DNA from: Octopus vulgaris
Lineage: Eukaryota
Assembly (NCBI GenBank): GCA_951406725.2
Contig: OX597822.1
Span: 65,162,001 to 65,226,000, forward strand
DNA: 64,000 nucleotides
Direction of reading: 5' to 3'
Position 1 is the first letter of the stretch. Each line of letters starts with the position of its first letter. The notes under the pieces are model-generated. The model saw only the letters and a list, made by a program, of their open reading frames with translations, had not been told where the DNA came from and ran no database searches. Positions 41,610 to 54,773 of the stretch are shown in pieces. Position numbers and translations under genes: made by a program.

Positions 41610-42267
41610 ATGTATACGCTTCTACTAGCCTATTACATGGTGTGTATTTTCACGGAGAATTTATGGTGGTAATAGTGTCTTTTGACGTCTATTTTTCAGT
41701 GCGTGGCGAGACACAAGCCAAATCCTTGTTATAATTATATTTACAATTATAAAACATTTAAAAAGTTTACCTATGAGGTTATATTTCCGCGCTGACCACT
41801 TGGTAAAAATCATTAATGACGTTTACCCTTTTATTATTATTATAATTAATATTTGAAAAAATATTTACTCTCTGACTAAAACTGTATTAACTGCAGACTT
41901 GACCTTTAACTCACTGCAAGAGATGAACATGAATTCTACTTCGCAGCATATTTTTGCGAGTCTCCACAGATATAAGCAAAGCGAAGACGCAGCTCGCTTA
42001 CATATCCGTGGCCACTCGTATATTTATGCTTGGGTATACCGACGCTGATGAAGGCAAAAGGTACTACTTTTATAACTTTAAGCCCGAAACACTATCATGC
42101 ACGCGGTTAACCAAAGTTTTAATGCATTTTCTTTCTTCTGTTAGCCTATTATGTAGTGTGTTTTTTCTCGGAGAGTTTATGGGCTGTAATAGCGTCTTTT
42201 GACGTCTACTTTTTAGTGCGTGATGACGCACAAACCAAGCCCTTGTTATAATTATGCATATAATTAT

Positions 42268-42270
<3 letters not shown>
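40901..42270. mobile_element. Penelope-like structure: inverted pLTR (40901-41178, minus) plus direct pLTR copies (41620-41801 and 42038-42270, plus)
   Basis: Three homologous segments (tagcctatta...ttttgacgtcta...ccttgttataattat). Two carry gacg-CTGATGA-aggc...cc-GAAAC hammerhead-like cores (42045-42090; minus strand near 41164-41170). Confidence 0.65.
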
Positions 42271-42306
<36 letters not shown>

Positions 42307-42312
<6 letters not shown>

Positions 42313-42499
42313 ATTGAAGAAATGGAGCTGAACGAAGATTGAACAGAAATCGTTTTATTTCATTCTACACGTGTTTCGAAAGGCACAATTTACCAAAATC
42401 AATCGGATTTTGGTAAATTGTGCCTTTCGAAACACGTGTAGAATGAAATAAAACGATTTCTGTTCAATCTTCGTTCAGCTCCATTTCTTCAATTCACTA
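42307..42499. repeat. Perfect inverted repeat, 94-bp arms, 5-nt loop
   Basis: 42307-42400 is the exact reverse complement of 42406-42499, with loop aatcg. It is part of an insert (42307-42660) flanked by (TA)n. Confidence 0.95.
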
Positions 42500-42655
42500 A
42501 TAATATTAAAATTCAATTATCCGCACCAACGCACGGTTGCAACACCATATGGTTGTACCTCCAACCGTGCTGTCTTCTGCTGTGATTTTTGCTACCAAGG
42601 TATCGGTTAAACTTTTGATTAATCTGCTACAAGATTATTCATCTTTCTATTTCAC

Positions 42656-42686
<31 letters not shown>

Positions 42687-44002
42687 ACAAAAGAGTTTCA
42701 TAAATCCGAACAGATACCTTATAAGCAATCTGTAGCTATCCAAACTTGGCTAACTATATCGATCAAGTCAGCTTTCTACAATTCCTCCCATGTGTATTTC
42801 TCTTCTTCATTCGTGGACTCGCAGCATTTAGGTACTATATTAGTGGTGTCCATCTAATCCGACTCGGAGGACCTACGAAGGCAATAAAAACAATCAGCTT
42901 CTTCCAGACGAAATTAATAGGGAAAAAAAACCCCACTATCCTTTTATAACTCATCAAGGGGAAAATTTTAGAAAGACACTGAATAGCAGGTTACTTAAAG
43001 TTGGAATTATTTCATTTTTGTATTTGGACTGGTTGTTAAAAGAATATCCGAGCCATAATTAAATATGTCCGTATTGTCTTGGATACACTTCTGGTTTACG
43101 CCCCGAAAGAGTAAAACCTGGTCAACAAAACCCTTATAAATACAGCAGATCCGGTAAACAATTTCTTGATGTATACTAGCTGAAGAGGTATTTCGAAGAA
43201 TATTCTCTATACACGCGTTCTATTCACCAAAATCTTATAAATTGTATTTTCTTTTACTTATCCATTTATAAACCTGATCTTTTCTTTATCGAAGATTTCC
43301 ATTTAGTTATCATTTAAGTCTTTTATTATTCTTAATGTGTCGATAAAGAGAATATATCAATTTTATACCTCACGAGTGATGCCCGTTTGATATCCCATAA
43401 GGCTAAATCAATAAAGTTTTTTTTTGTTTTTTTAAATAGTTTTTTTTGCAAACGATTATGTTCGCAGCTTTTACGTTGAGCAAAAGACGTACGGGTTTGG
43501 AGATTGTCACATCGCGACATAAAACTTGAAGCAACACATGCATAGTCGTTAGTTTGCATTGCTTTGTATGCATTTTGACGCATAGACACACACGTGTGTG
43601 CATAGAAGTGAGTGTATATACAAATACATACATGCATATTATATATATATATATATACACTCATACACGCACACGTATATGTAGGTAGAGCCTCAGCCGC
43701 AAATACGCATATGTGTTAAACTCCATAAAGAAAAGATAAGATCGAATAAAATCTTTAAGACTGGGAAAAAAAACTCGTAAATATATCAGGATTCACTGAG
43801 AGTAATAATATCAAGTAAGAATAATAAGATACAACTAAATAGTAACAACAAAAATATATTATATAAAAGAAAAGACAAGCAATAGAATAAAGAGTAGAAA
43901 ATAACCGAAAGGATCTTCTAAGAAGAATGAGATGAACGTTTAAGATTAAGTTTGCCAGCAGTGCAGTTAACACTTTGACATTGAATGTGTGTTTATGTGA
44001 AT

Positions 44003-44042
<40 letters not shown>

Positions 44043-44117
44043 TAACGTGTGTGTTTCAGTGTGCGAGCGTGTGCGTGTATGCGTGCATGTATGTATCTAT
44101 CTATTTGTCAGTTGGTC

Positions 44118-44199
<82 letters not shown>

Positions 44200-44264
44200 C
44201 TCTCTCTATATATATATATATCTATCTATCTATCTATCTATCTGTCTGTCTGTCTCTCTTTCTG

Positions 44265-44335
<71 letters not shown>

Positions 44336-44466
44336 CTTTGTTGATATGTCTTTCAATATATCTATCTATTTGTCTGTTTGTCTGTCTGTCTATCTATCTA
44401 TCTATCTATCTATCAATTTATCTACCTACTAATCTATCTATCTATCTGTTCCTCTTTCCGTCTGTT

Positions 44467-44514
<48 letters not shown>

Positions 44515-45055
44515 CACACACCCACATATATTTGCACACACACATACACACCCGTGCGCACGTGTGCGTTTGTGCAATATACTGAGATGTAAGGGGATTC
44601 CTTTTTAAATAGTTAATAGTTAGTGATGTAGCCAATGTAGATAATCTATAATCAATAGAACTGAAAGAGAATAGGAAATAAATATAAATGGCGTAGCGAA
44701 GTTAATCCTGGAAATGAAATTGCAATTATTTTCAGATCATTGTCAACACAACTGCGTTGCTAAGTTTCAACATTAAATAACGTACCTGTTGTCATGATCA
44801 ATATGATGACGGCGATAGCCTACTGATGACTGCCGGGTATTTCCTCCATGTAAAAAAAATTAAAGACATACAGTTTTGAAGTTTACGTTAAAGCAAGACA
44901 TTACGGTTGAAATATTCTTGTGAAGCATGTCATGAAGTTGAATGGAAAAGGAAAAGAAAAGGTGAATGTTGAAGGGGAGTATGATCATAGGATTGATAAG
45001 TAACAACAAAACAAAAACAACAACAATAACAGTCGTAATAATGATAAAAATAATG

Positions 45056-45187
45056 ATTTCAGATTTTGCCACAAGGACTGCAATTTTGGGGGAGGGAACG
45101 AGTCGATTACATCGACCCAAGTGTTCAGAAAGTACTTATTTTATCGACCTTAGAGGGATAAAAAGTAAAGTCGACCTCGGCGGAATT
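45056..45187 (-). mobile_element. SINE family D, 5' part missing
   Basis: tttcagattttgccacaagg...aaagtcgacctcggcggaatt, then (TAA)n. Confidence 0.75.
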
Positions 45188-45221
45188 GTTGATTATAATA
45201 ATAATAATAATAATAATAATA

Positions 45222-45723
45222 TGGAAGTGTTATCATGTACATTGTTTTGTCTTGGTATAAAAGATGGGCTACAGCAAATATTCTGCTCAATACCACAGAT
45301 TTGCTTGTCAGTTGTTTGACCTTAACCAGCTGAGCATGTCCCTTAGTGGCTGACGATATGTGCATCTCTGATCACGAGCAGAAGTAGTGGGGGAGCATCA
45401 TAGCCATGTGTTGAGAGGGATTCTTTGGGGTTTGAATAGTTCACCTCTGGAAACATGGGTGGTTCTTTCAGCATCCTTAAACAGCCCTTATTCAGGGACC
45501 GTTTGAGCGGGATGGGCTACTCAATCTGAAGAAAATTCTAACTGGGCCCCACCTGCAAGGTCATGTGCTGTTTATCTTGATATGAGATCACCATGTCGCG
45601 CACATATGGTTGTGATGCATGTGCCTGGTGTACCTTTATCAGACGGGTAGTCATGATGGGTATATTGGGCTTCGTATATTTTACCCCAGTGTCACTTTGA
45701 TGGCATGAACTGCTCTCTCACTC
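45222..45723 (+). mobile_element. Unassigned non-coding (TAA)n-associated retroposon, copy 1 (5'-truncated)
   Basis: Homologous to 45819-46333 with the same 3' end, ctgctctctcactc+(aat)n. Confidence 0.75.
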
Positions 45724-45779
<56 letters not shown>

Positions 45780-45789
45780 TGATAATAAA

Positions 45790-45818
<29 letters not shown>

Positions 45819-45820
<2 letters not shown>

Positions 45821-46333
45821 GCCCTGATGCAGTGCAGGCAGTGGCTCTCATGGCTTCTGATCTTAACTGATTGGAAGTGTTATCATGTACATTGTTTTGT
45901 CTTGGTATAAAAGATGGGCTACAGCTAATATTCCGCTCAGTACCACAGATTTGCTTGTTAGTTGTTTGACCTTAACCAGTTGACCATCTCTGACCACGAG
46001 CAGAAGTAGTGGCGGAGCATCATAGCCATGTGTTGAGAGAAGTTCTTTGGGGTTTGGATAATTCACCTCTGGAAGTATGGGCGTTTCATTCAACATCCTT
46101 AAACAACCCTTATTCAGGGACCTTTTGAGCAGGATGGGCTACTCAACCTGAAGAAAATTCTAACTGGGTCCCCACCTGCAAGGTCATGTGCTGTTTATCT
46201 TGATATGTCGCACACATATGGTTTTGATGCATGTGCCTGGTGTACCCTTGTGAGACGGGTAGTCATGATGGGTATACTGGGCTTCGTATATTTTACCCGT
46301 GTCACTTTGATGGCATGCACTGCTCTCTCACTC
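45819..46333 (+). mobile_element. Unassigned non-coding (TAA)n-associated retroposon, copy 2
   Basis: Extends about 50 nt further 5' (atgccctgatgcag...) and has two internal deletions relative to copy 1. A third 26-nt 3' stub is at 47121-47146. Confidence 0.75.
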
Positions 46334-46386
<53 letters not shown>

Positions 46387-46438
46387 TAATAATGATAATA
46401 ATGATAATAATAATAATAATAATGATGATGATGATGAT

Positions 46439-46510
<72 letters not shown>

Positions 46511-46513
<3 letters not shown>

Positions 46514-46752
46514 GCTGGTAGTAGTACCAATAATTATCGGAGCCCTAGGAACAGTGAGCAAAAAGCTTGAGAAGTATATGGAACATATAGGGACTGCAAT
46601 GAGGGTGGAGCACTTGCAGAAAGTGGTACTGCTTAGAACCGCTCAAATACTCTGGAAGGTGCTCGAAAAATAAGGGTAGTTACCATAGTTCACTAGTACT
46701 GAACAGCTAACACCGTAGTACATCTCCAGTGTCAGAAGCTGTACAAAGACAC
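46511..46752 (+). mobile_element. Dong/R4 family 3, 3' fragment
   Basis: KLVVVPIIIGALGTVSKKLEKYMEHIG...LQKVVLLRTAQILWKVLEK* aligns with the end of the 39481 ORF; preceded by (TAA)n. Confidence 0.85.
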
Positions 46753-46885
46753 TATTACTACTACTACTACTACTACTACTACAATTACTACTACTACTGC
46801 TGCTGCTGCTGCTACTACTACTATTGCTGCTGCTGCTGCTACTACTACTACTGCTGCTGCCGCTTCTACTACTAATAATAATAAT

Positions 46886-47097
46886 GGTTTCAAATTTTGC
46901 CACAAGGGCCGCCAATTTTGAGGAGAGGAAGAGTCGATTAAATCGACACCAGTACTCAACTGCTACTTAACTTATCGTCTCTGAAACGATGAAAGGCAAA
47001 ATTGACCTCGGTGGAATTTGAACTCAGAACGTGGAGACAGATGAAATACTGCTAAGCATTCGCCGGCGTGCTTAACGATTCGGCCAGTTCGCCGCCC
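46886..47097 (-). mobile_element. SINE family D monomer
   Basis: Full head-to-tail match to the family, flanked by taataat. Confidence 0.85.
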
Positions 47098-47165
47098 TGA
47101 TAATAATTACTTTTAATATATGATGGCTTGCACTGCTCTCTCACTCAATAACAACAACAACAACA

Positions 47166-47524
47166 ATGTGGGACCTCAAGACTAAAACAATACCAGTTGT
47201 AATAGGTGCCCTAGGAATGATAGCAAAAGGGGCTGATTGCTACCTAGCTCAGATACCAGGAAACCCCCAAATGGGAGAAATTAAAAAAAATAGATCTGCG
47301 CATATCCTACGTAAAATACTGTCTTTGTAATCTCAAATTTATAACATGCTTATAATTTTCTTATGCTTTCTTAAACATTCTCTTGAACAATACTTTGTTC
47401 AAAACCAAATATATGGCACTCTAGTCATAACACCAACTTGAAATTCTAACTTGTTGTCTCTTGAGGTCTCTGAGTGAGACTTGGAGTCAACTAGTACAAA
47501 TACATAGCAAAAGCCAAACATATG
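47166..47524 (+). mobile_element. Dong/R4 family 2, 3' fragment
   Basis: MWDLKTKTIPVVIGALGMIAKGADCYLAQIPGNP...AHILRKILSL* (stop 47328-47330), followed by the 3' UTR and (TAA)n. Confidence 0.85.
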
Positions 47525-50523
47525 ATAATAATAATAATTTCTAATTTAGGCGCACGTCCAGCAATTTTGAGGTGCGGTGTATTAGTCGGTATCATTGAGC
47601 TCAGTGCTTGAGTAGTACTTTACTTCATCAACCTCAGAAGGATGCAAGGAAAACTTGACCTTAGTAGAATTTCAGATCAGAATTTAAAGAACTGGAACAG
47701 TTATATCCTGGTATTTTCCCCCGTTACTTTAACAACTCAGACAATTCCGAACAGGAAGGAATGAACTTCAGGAAAATGATATAGCAAATACTGTAGCAAT
47801 AAGGAAATTTTAACCACTTATTTTGTGACAGTCAATAGTGAAAGGGATCGCTTAAGGCAGTTTAGAAATGAAAGAGAAAAATACGCCAAGGTTAAGTGAA
47901 TACAAATATTACAGAAGGGAAACTAAATGGATGCTTAAAATGATAGCAAATCTCCACACAGTTTCCACCTACGAAATTCACCCATAAGGTATTACTTGTT
48001 AGGGTTATCTCCACTGATACTCTAGAGAAATTATAGCCCGTACTGAATTTTGTTACGATGTTTCGTATCCGTGACGGCGCATGCTAACACTGTTGAACAC
48101 GTTATTGAATTATAAAGAAGTTTACTATAATTTCTGGAATATTATAGTTGTAGAACGAACCGCGTCCCTACAAGTTATTTATTACAAGACATTGTTCAGC
48201 CCAAGGCTATAGTAGAAAGTAGAAGAAACTTGGTCAAAGTGCCGCGTTGATGAAATGAACTCCAAACGATGCAGTTACAACGCAGGCTTCTTAACTACAA
48301 GGAATGACATAGTTAATAGATGAAAATAAATAAAACGAATCGGATGTAAGTAATTATAAGCCTATTACGTGTATTTTGGTAATTGGAAATTGGTAAGGTG
48401 TGACATAGCACCTGAATTGTACGGTTTTCTAGGGGATAAATCGTTGTGCTCTGGCATTGCTGTGTGTTTAAGAGGTTAGCATCAAAACAATGTGGTTTTA
48501 GTTTGAATTCCATTGAGCAGAACCTTATGCTATAACTTCGCATTTAGTTATCTCATGAGTTAATTTCTCAAGTGGCATCAGTGTGTACGAGTGGCAATTG
48601 ATTGCGAATAACGAACGCAAATGCAGATGAAACAGCTTTGATGAAAGCCTATATTTATTCACTCATCTTAACTTTAAACACGAGAGAATAAAACAGTGCG
48701 AAATGTCCTACCTACTGTCATTTCCCCAATGTGATGTAAGTTGAGGATTCCACAACAGTGTGCACAGCCACGTGTCAGACAAAAAAATTAAATCTGGTGG
48801 ACAATCATCCTCAACGACGAAGGACTGGCGGCGATATTTTTAATGTTTGTAGATACGTGCTATGATCCACGCTTATATCTTGGAATTTGTGAAAAAGAGC
48901 TTTCACAAGAATTGCATAGTAGCATAATTTATACAAGATAGCTTTGTCTTTGCACCGAATACAAAATACCACGAAATTTTCTGCACCTTGTAAATATGCC
49001 GAGATTATTTCTGTTATGTTTTCCTTTTTCGCTCTTCTATTCATTTTTATTATCGATGTAGTTTGGTCTATTATTATACGATGTTTTCCTACGCTGTTTC
49101 TTCCCAAGATGTTCTTAACCACATCTCTATTTTTCTAGCCAGATATACTTCGTGAGGGATGTAACATTTTTGTAATGTTTTGGTATAATCTGCTCTTAAA
49201 TGAATTTCTAGCGCAATGTAAGGCACAACACTGATGGTTTTTATTTTCAATTGCACTAACATGCGGCATGATGCTTTTGTTTAGGAACTGGTAACCGAAA
49301 GGCCACTACTCAGTATATACATGATGAGTACAATTTGATAGACTCTTCATTTAAACATGAACACCGTCAATGTGGCTTTTCAGTCCTGTTGGGGCCCTAT
49401 ACACTTTTGCTTACATGTCACATGCCGTCATTCCATCATAGAATTTTATACTGACTGATTTGCCAAAAATCTAGTGATGCCTGTGTCTAAAGATTTTGAA
49501 AGTGAGGCCTTGCTCAGGTCTGATTCCACTCTCTGAACAACGTATGTATATTCATGCATTCAATAATATATAGATCCACCCATCTATGCATACGTACATG
49601 CATGCAAACCTTATATAGAAACATACATACATGCTAGACATGCATGTGAATACATACATAAAATAAAACAAACAAATCTGCACATATACATACAAAAATA
49701 TCCAGTTTATGCTGAAATTCCAATGAAGGAGCCTTGGATCTAGGTTAGAAGCCGGCTCTTTCTCTATTGGCAAGAAATCTTGAAATAAACTGAACAATGA
49801 CATACATACATACATAAATACATAGATACAGTCATACAAACACACGCATATATACGCACACAGACATATAATCTAACTGCAAAACATTTAAGGTTGATAA
49901 GATAGTGATGGTCATAGTTGTATCGGTGGTCTTCGTGTTAATAAGATGGGCAGAGGTTATAGATGTCGTTTCAGATTGAAGCCAAACGTTGTCCACAGCT
50001 TGGTTTCAATTATCAAATGAAAAGCCTTTACTTGAAATGTCTGCTGGTAAAACAAACATTTTATTAAAAGCAAAGCATCATCATATTTTCAACATTGAAA
50101 ACTGTAAGGCATTATCCTACACCTAATCAGAAAAGAGGCACCAATACCACCAGAGTGTCACTAACTGGAAAAAATATTACCATTCGTCATCAGCAAAAAT
50201 ATGAAAGTCAATAAATATATATTAACATCCGCACGTTTGGATGATAACATGTAATATTTGTGTGTGTATATATTTTGTATGCTGGGAAGGGGTGGCTATA
50301 TATTTATTGTCTCTTACAGAATACATGAGAGTTTATTAGGAACAAGGGAGGAGCTCTTGGGTGCAGTATATTTACTGCCGCCCACGACACACGTGCTTTG
50401 TGGATGTTTATGGGAGTATATTGGGGTTCGTTTGAACAACATTCGCTTTTAATGCTGAATTCGTAAGAAACGGTCGCCGTTTTTAATGGCGGTGAGGGCG
50501 TGACTGACAAGGAGTGATGGATG

Positions 50524-50578
<55 letters not shown>

Positions 50579-50594
50579 ATATATACATACATAC

Positions 50595-50639
<45 letters not shown>

Positions 50640-50803
50640 CATACGTATATATATATACATACATATATACATACATATATACGTACATACATACATATAT
50701 GCATGTTCAAATAAACACATCACTCGCAAATATCTCAATCTCTCCCTCTCTCTCTTGCTTTCTCTTTCTCTGTATACTTATATGCATATACACTGAAACA
50801 CAT

Positions 50804-50845
<42 letters not shown>

Positions 50846-51016
50846 TAGTTATATAGATCGACATATTATTACATACAAACATACATATATATATATACAT
50901 ATATATATATATATCCATATATATCCCTATATATATACACACACATATGTATATAGATGTGCATATGTTCAAATATATATATATATATAACCCCAACCTT
51001 AGACGATGTGTATATG

Positions 51017-51062
<46 letters not shown>

Positions 51063-51091
51063 AGAGAGATTTTTATAGATCGACATATTGT

Positions 51092-51136
<45 letters not shown>

Positions 51137-51817
51137 ACCTACATACATATATATTTATATATATATGTTTACAAACAGCCACATATGCCCACGCTCATAC
51201 ATATACACATCTATACATTCATTTGGGATGAATATACACAAAACCACAACAAAGTGTTATAAACGTTCACGATGCTTAGAAAGTGAGAAGAGGCTGGTGA
51301 GAAGAACAAGAGAAGATAATAGGATAACTGGGATATATATTATAAAGCCTGTTTATATTTCAACACTTCACAATAGTTTGCTGACCTCCAGGAGTGGCCA
51401 TAATAACAATGGCGAGATCCACGTGGTTTGTATACAATTACTCCATGAATATAATATCTAGATACGCATAAGCTCTTCACGTTAACATATGCATGTACTT
51501 ATATAATTGCTGAAGTACAGAATATGCAAATGCTCGTTCATCGCTTCGTGTGCGATCTGAGGCAATGCTGGCCTTTGACATTTGCTCGTATTTATGTAGC
51601 TGTGAGGGAGCTGTGCATATCTGTCAATTTATTTAGCATAGAATGATAATAATAATAAACACGTACACACACAAACGCACGTATAGGTATATTCATTCAC
51701 AGACAGACATACATACAGACTAACACATGCACGCACATACACACACTTATGCATCCACATGAAGCACATTTTCGCATTACACACACATATCTCTTTCTTC
51801 CCCTCCCTCCGCTGTGT

Positions 51818-51871
<54 letters not shown>

Positions 51872-51918
51872 ATGTACACACACTGCTCAACAATGAGCGA
51901 CATTTATTATATACATAC

Positions 51919-51969
<51 letters not shown>

Positions 51970-53782
51970 AAAGAAGTCTCCATGTACATAAATGGAGAAG
52001 TTTGCATATGTGCAAAAAGATATATACATATGTGTGTGTGTGTGTGTGTGTATTATACACACATATATATATACATACATATATGCATATATACATATTG
52101 ATATATACACTCACACATGTTATATATATATATGCATTATGAATGCATACACACACCCCCACACCCACACACACATATATATATATGTATAAACATGCAC
52201 ACACTCACGTTCACACACATACACGCATGTTCTTATTGTAGTAACACAAAGCACTTGGTATGACTAATCGCCATTTATTCAGACATATTCACAGACATGT
52301 TCTCTATGCTCATCCCCCCCAGTTTCGAAATCTATTCTCACGTGCTCTTCAACTAGAAAACATGCTTTTGTCTAACACAATTCGCGAACCCCAACCTTAG
52401 ACGATCTATTTTATATATCAAAGACTGGCTGTCTACATTTTCGACAAGATAGTTGGCCCTTTAATCTTGTTGATGAATTTATCCAGTTCCCTTCTGAGGT
52501 CCGTCTCTCAGTATTATTTATTTATTTTTTTTTTATTTTGTTTCTCAGAAGGTTTTCAAATTTTACAACAAATATTATTTATTTGTTTAGGAAGCATCCC
52601 GAATTCCTATTTATGCTATTGTTTCTACAATTCTGCCAGCTCCAATCTTGCTTCTCTCTCTCTTTCTCTCCCTCTCTCTGTTTTTATTTGCCTGTCTCTC
52701 GCTCTCTGTTACTCTGTTTGTCAGTCAATCTCTCTTTCATTCTCTGTGTCTGTCTCTATTTGTCTCTCAATAGGCATAGTATAGAGTCATACTTCTACTA
52801 CTTACAAGAATGTTCAGATCTTTGTGGTTTTCGTCACTATTCACAATTTTATTTTAATTGTTTTCAAATTTGGTATATGGATTAAGCTGTGTATTCTAAT
52901 TATGAAAATGAAATTAATTTTCCCTATAAATCCATAATTAAAAAGTTACTAGCCTTTAAAATTTGGAAAAAATTGGGTATTTTAACCAATCACAAGCGAG
53001 TATTTTACAAATCTGTTTCCAAAGGCGAATATTTTACAGTCTGTTTACATAGTAACCAAAGATGCTGCAGATGCGCTGAAAGAGTGTAGGAAACAAACGC
53101 CGGTGTGGGACACGCCGTCTCATGCTTGGCTCCACTCTCATCTTTGTGAATTTATGTGGAGAAGGAGATATGAGAAAGATAATTTATTTTATAAAATCCT
53201 AGTGTATTGTAAACTTTCGCTCTTGAATTTTGTAAACTAATGAATGTCTGTTTTAAGCGATGTTTTGACTGTTATTTCTAGCAACTCCTGTTGGTTTGTT
53301 TTCTGAAGCTAGTTAACTGTTTTGACATGCCGATGCTCCATACCCTGATGATGGAAGAGGCAGCGAAAGCGCTGTTTTCTGATTGGCTGAAAATTCCGAA
53401 AATCATAGAAATTCGAACACCTGTAACATTTTTGCAAAAATATTTTGGAATAAATGAAAGCCAAATTCGAAGTCAGCGTTAAAAATTACATCTATATGAT
53501 ACATTGAAAAATTCTTTTAAGGATAGATGTAAAAGACGACGAAAACCACAAATATCCGAATGTTCTTGTCTGTGATTTTGAAGTTACGACAAGTTAAGCC
53601 ATCGTCGAACTGCGGTGCATGAGAGACAGTCTTGCCTTTATAATCTCTGAAGGCGTATTAGCTGGCTGAAACGTCGAAGTCACTGTCAAAAACATTCTTG
53701 TATAAGAATAATCAATTTCTACTCTGCGAAAGAATAGAATAACCATCAAATTGATGCAGAATTGTTTTTACTATAACTGAAT

Positions 53783-54231
53783 AAAGGCAACGAGCTAGTG
53801 GAATAGTTAGCACACCAGGCGAAATGCTTAGCAGTGTTTCGTCTGCCATTACGTTCTGAGTTCAAATTCCGGCGAGGCCGACTTTGCCTTTCATTGTTTC
53901 GGGTCGATAAATTAAGTACCAGTTGCGTACTGGAGTCGATGTAATCAAATGCTCCCCCCGCCCACAAAAAAAAATTCAGGCCTTCTGCTTTTAATAGGAA
54001 GGTTTGTAACTGAACGAAGGCGGCGAGCTGGAAGAATCGTTAACTCACCGGGCAAAATGCTTAGCGGCGTTTCGTCTGTCCTTACGTTCTGAGTTCAAAT
54101 TCCCGCGAGGTTCACTCTGCATTATATATTTTCGGAGTCAATAAAATAAGTACCTGTTAGACATTGGGGGTTCGCTGTAATTAACAAGCCCCCTTCCCGA
54201 ACTTGCTGCTCTATTGCAAAAATTTGAAATC
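53783..54231 (+). mobile_element. Two tandem SINE family D copies
   Basis: Heads at about 53783 and 54017; taactgaa recurs before, between and after them. Confidence 0.85.
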
Positions 54232-54260
54232 ATTATAACTGAAGATAAAAACAACCATTA

Positions 54261-54465
54261 CTCTTTTTACTCTTCTACTTGTTTCAATTATTTGACTGCG
54301 GCCATGCTGGACTTATTCTTTGGTATCCTAGTGCTTATTCTATCGGTCTCTTTTCCAGAACCGCTAGGTTACGGGGACGTAAACACACCAGCATCGGTTG
54401 TCAAGCGATGTTGGGGGACAAAGACAGACATACAAACACACACAAACATACACAAACACACACAC

Positions 54466-54507
<42 letters not shown>

Positions 54508-54606
54508 TACGACGGGCTTCTTTCAGTTTCCGTCTACCAAATCCACTCGTAAGGCTTTGGTCGGCCCGAGACTACAGTACAAGACATTTGGCCAAGGTGC
54601 CACGCA
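54261..54606 (-). mobile_element. SINE family A (5'-truncated, internal deletion)
   Basis: Matches the family from the tail to ccaaggtgccacgca. Confidence 0.88.
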
Positions 54607-54642
54607 TATAACTACTTATTTATTCATTAGTTTGCATGTTTA

Positions 54643-54773
<131 letters not shown>

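Noticed and set aside
48600-49540. Unique-looking region with 103-aa minus ORF and a broken C2H2-like GLKSH motif
   Set aside because: Possibly an old LINE remnant, but too decayed to assign by eye.
53345-53375. ctgatga...gaaagcgc hammerhead-like spacing (also 9718-9742 and 53646-53676)
   Set aside because: Stem II cannot be formed convincingly; likely chance or too degraded.
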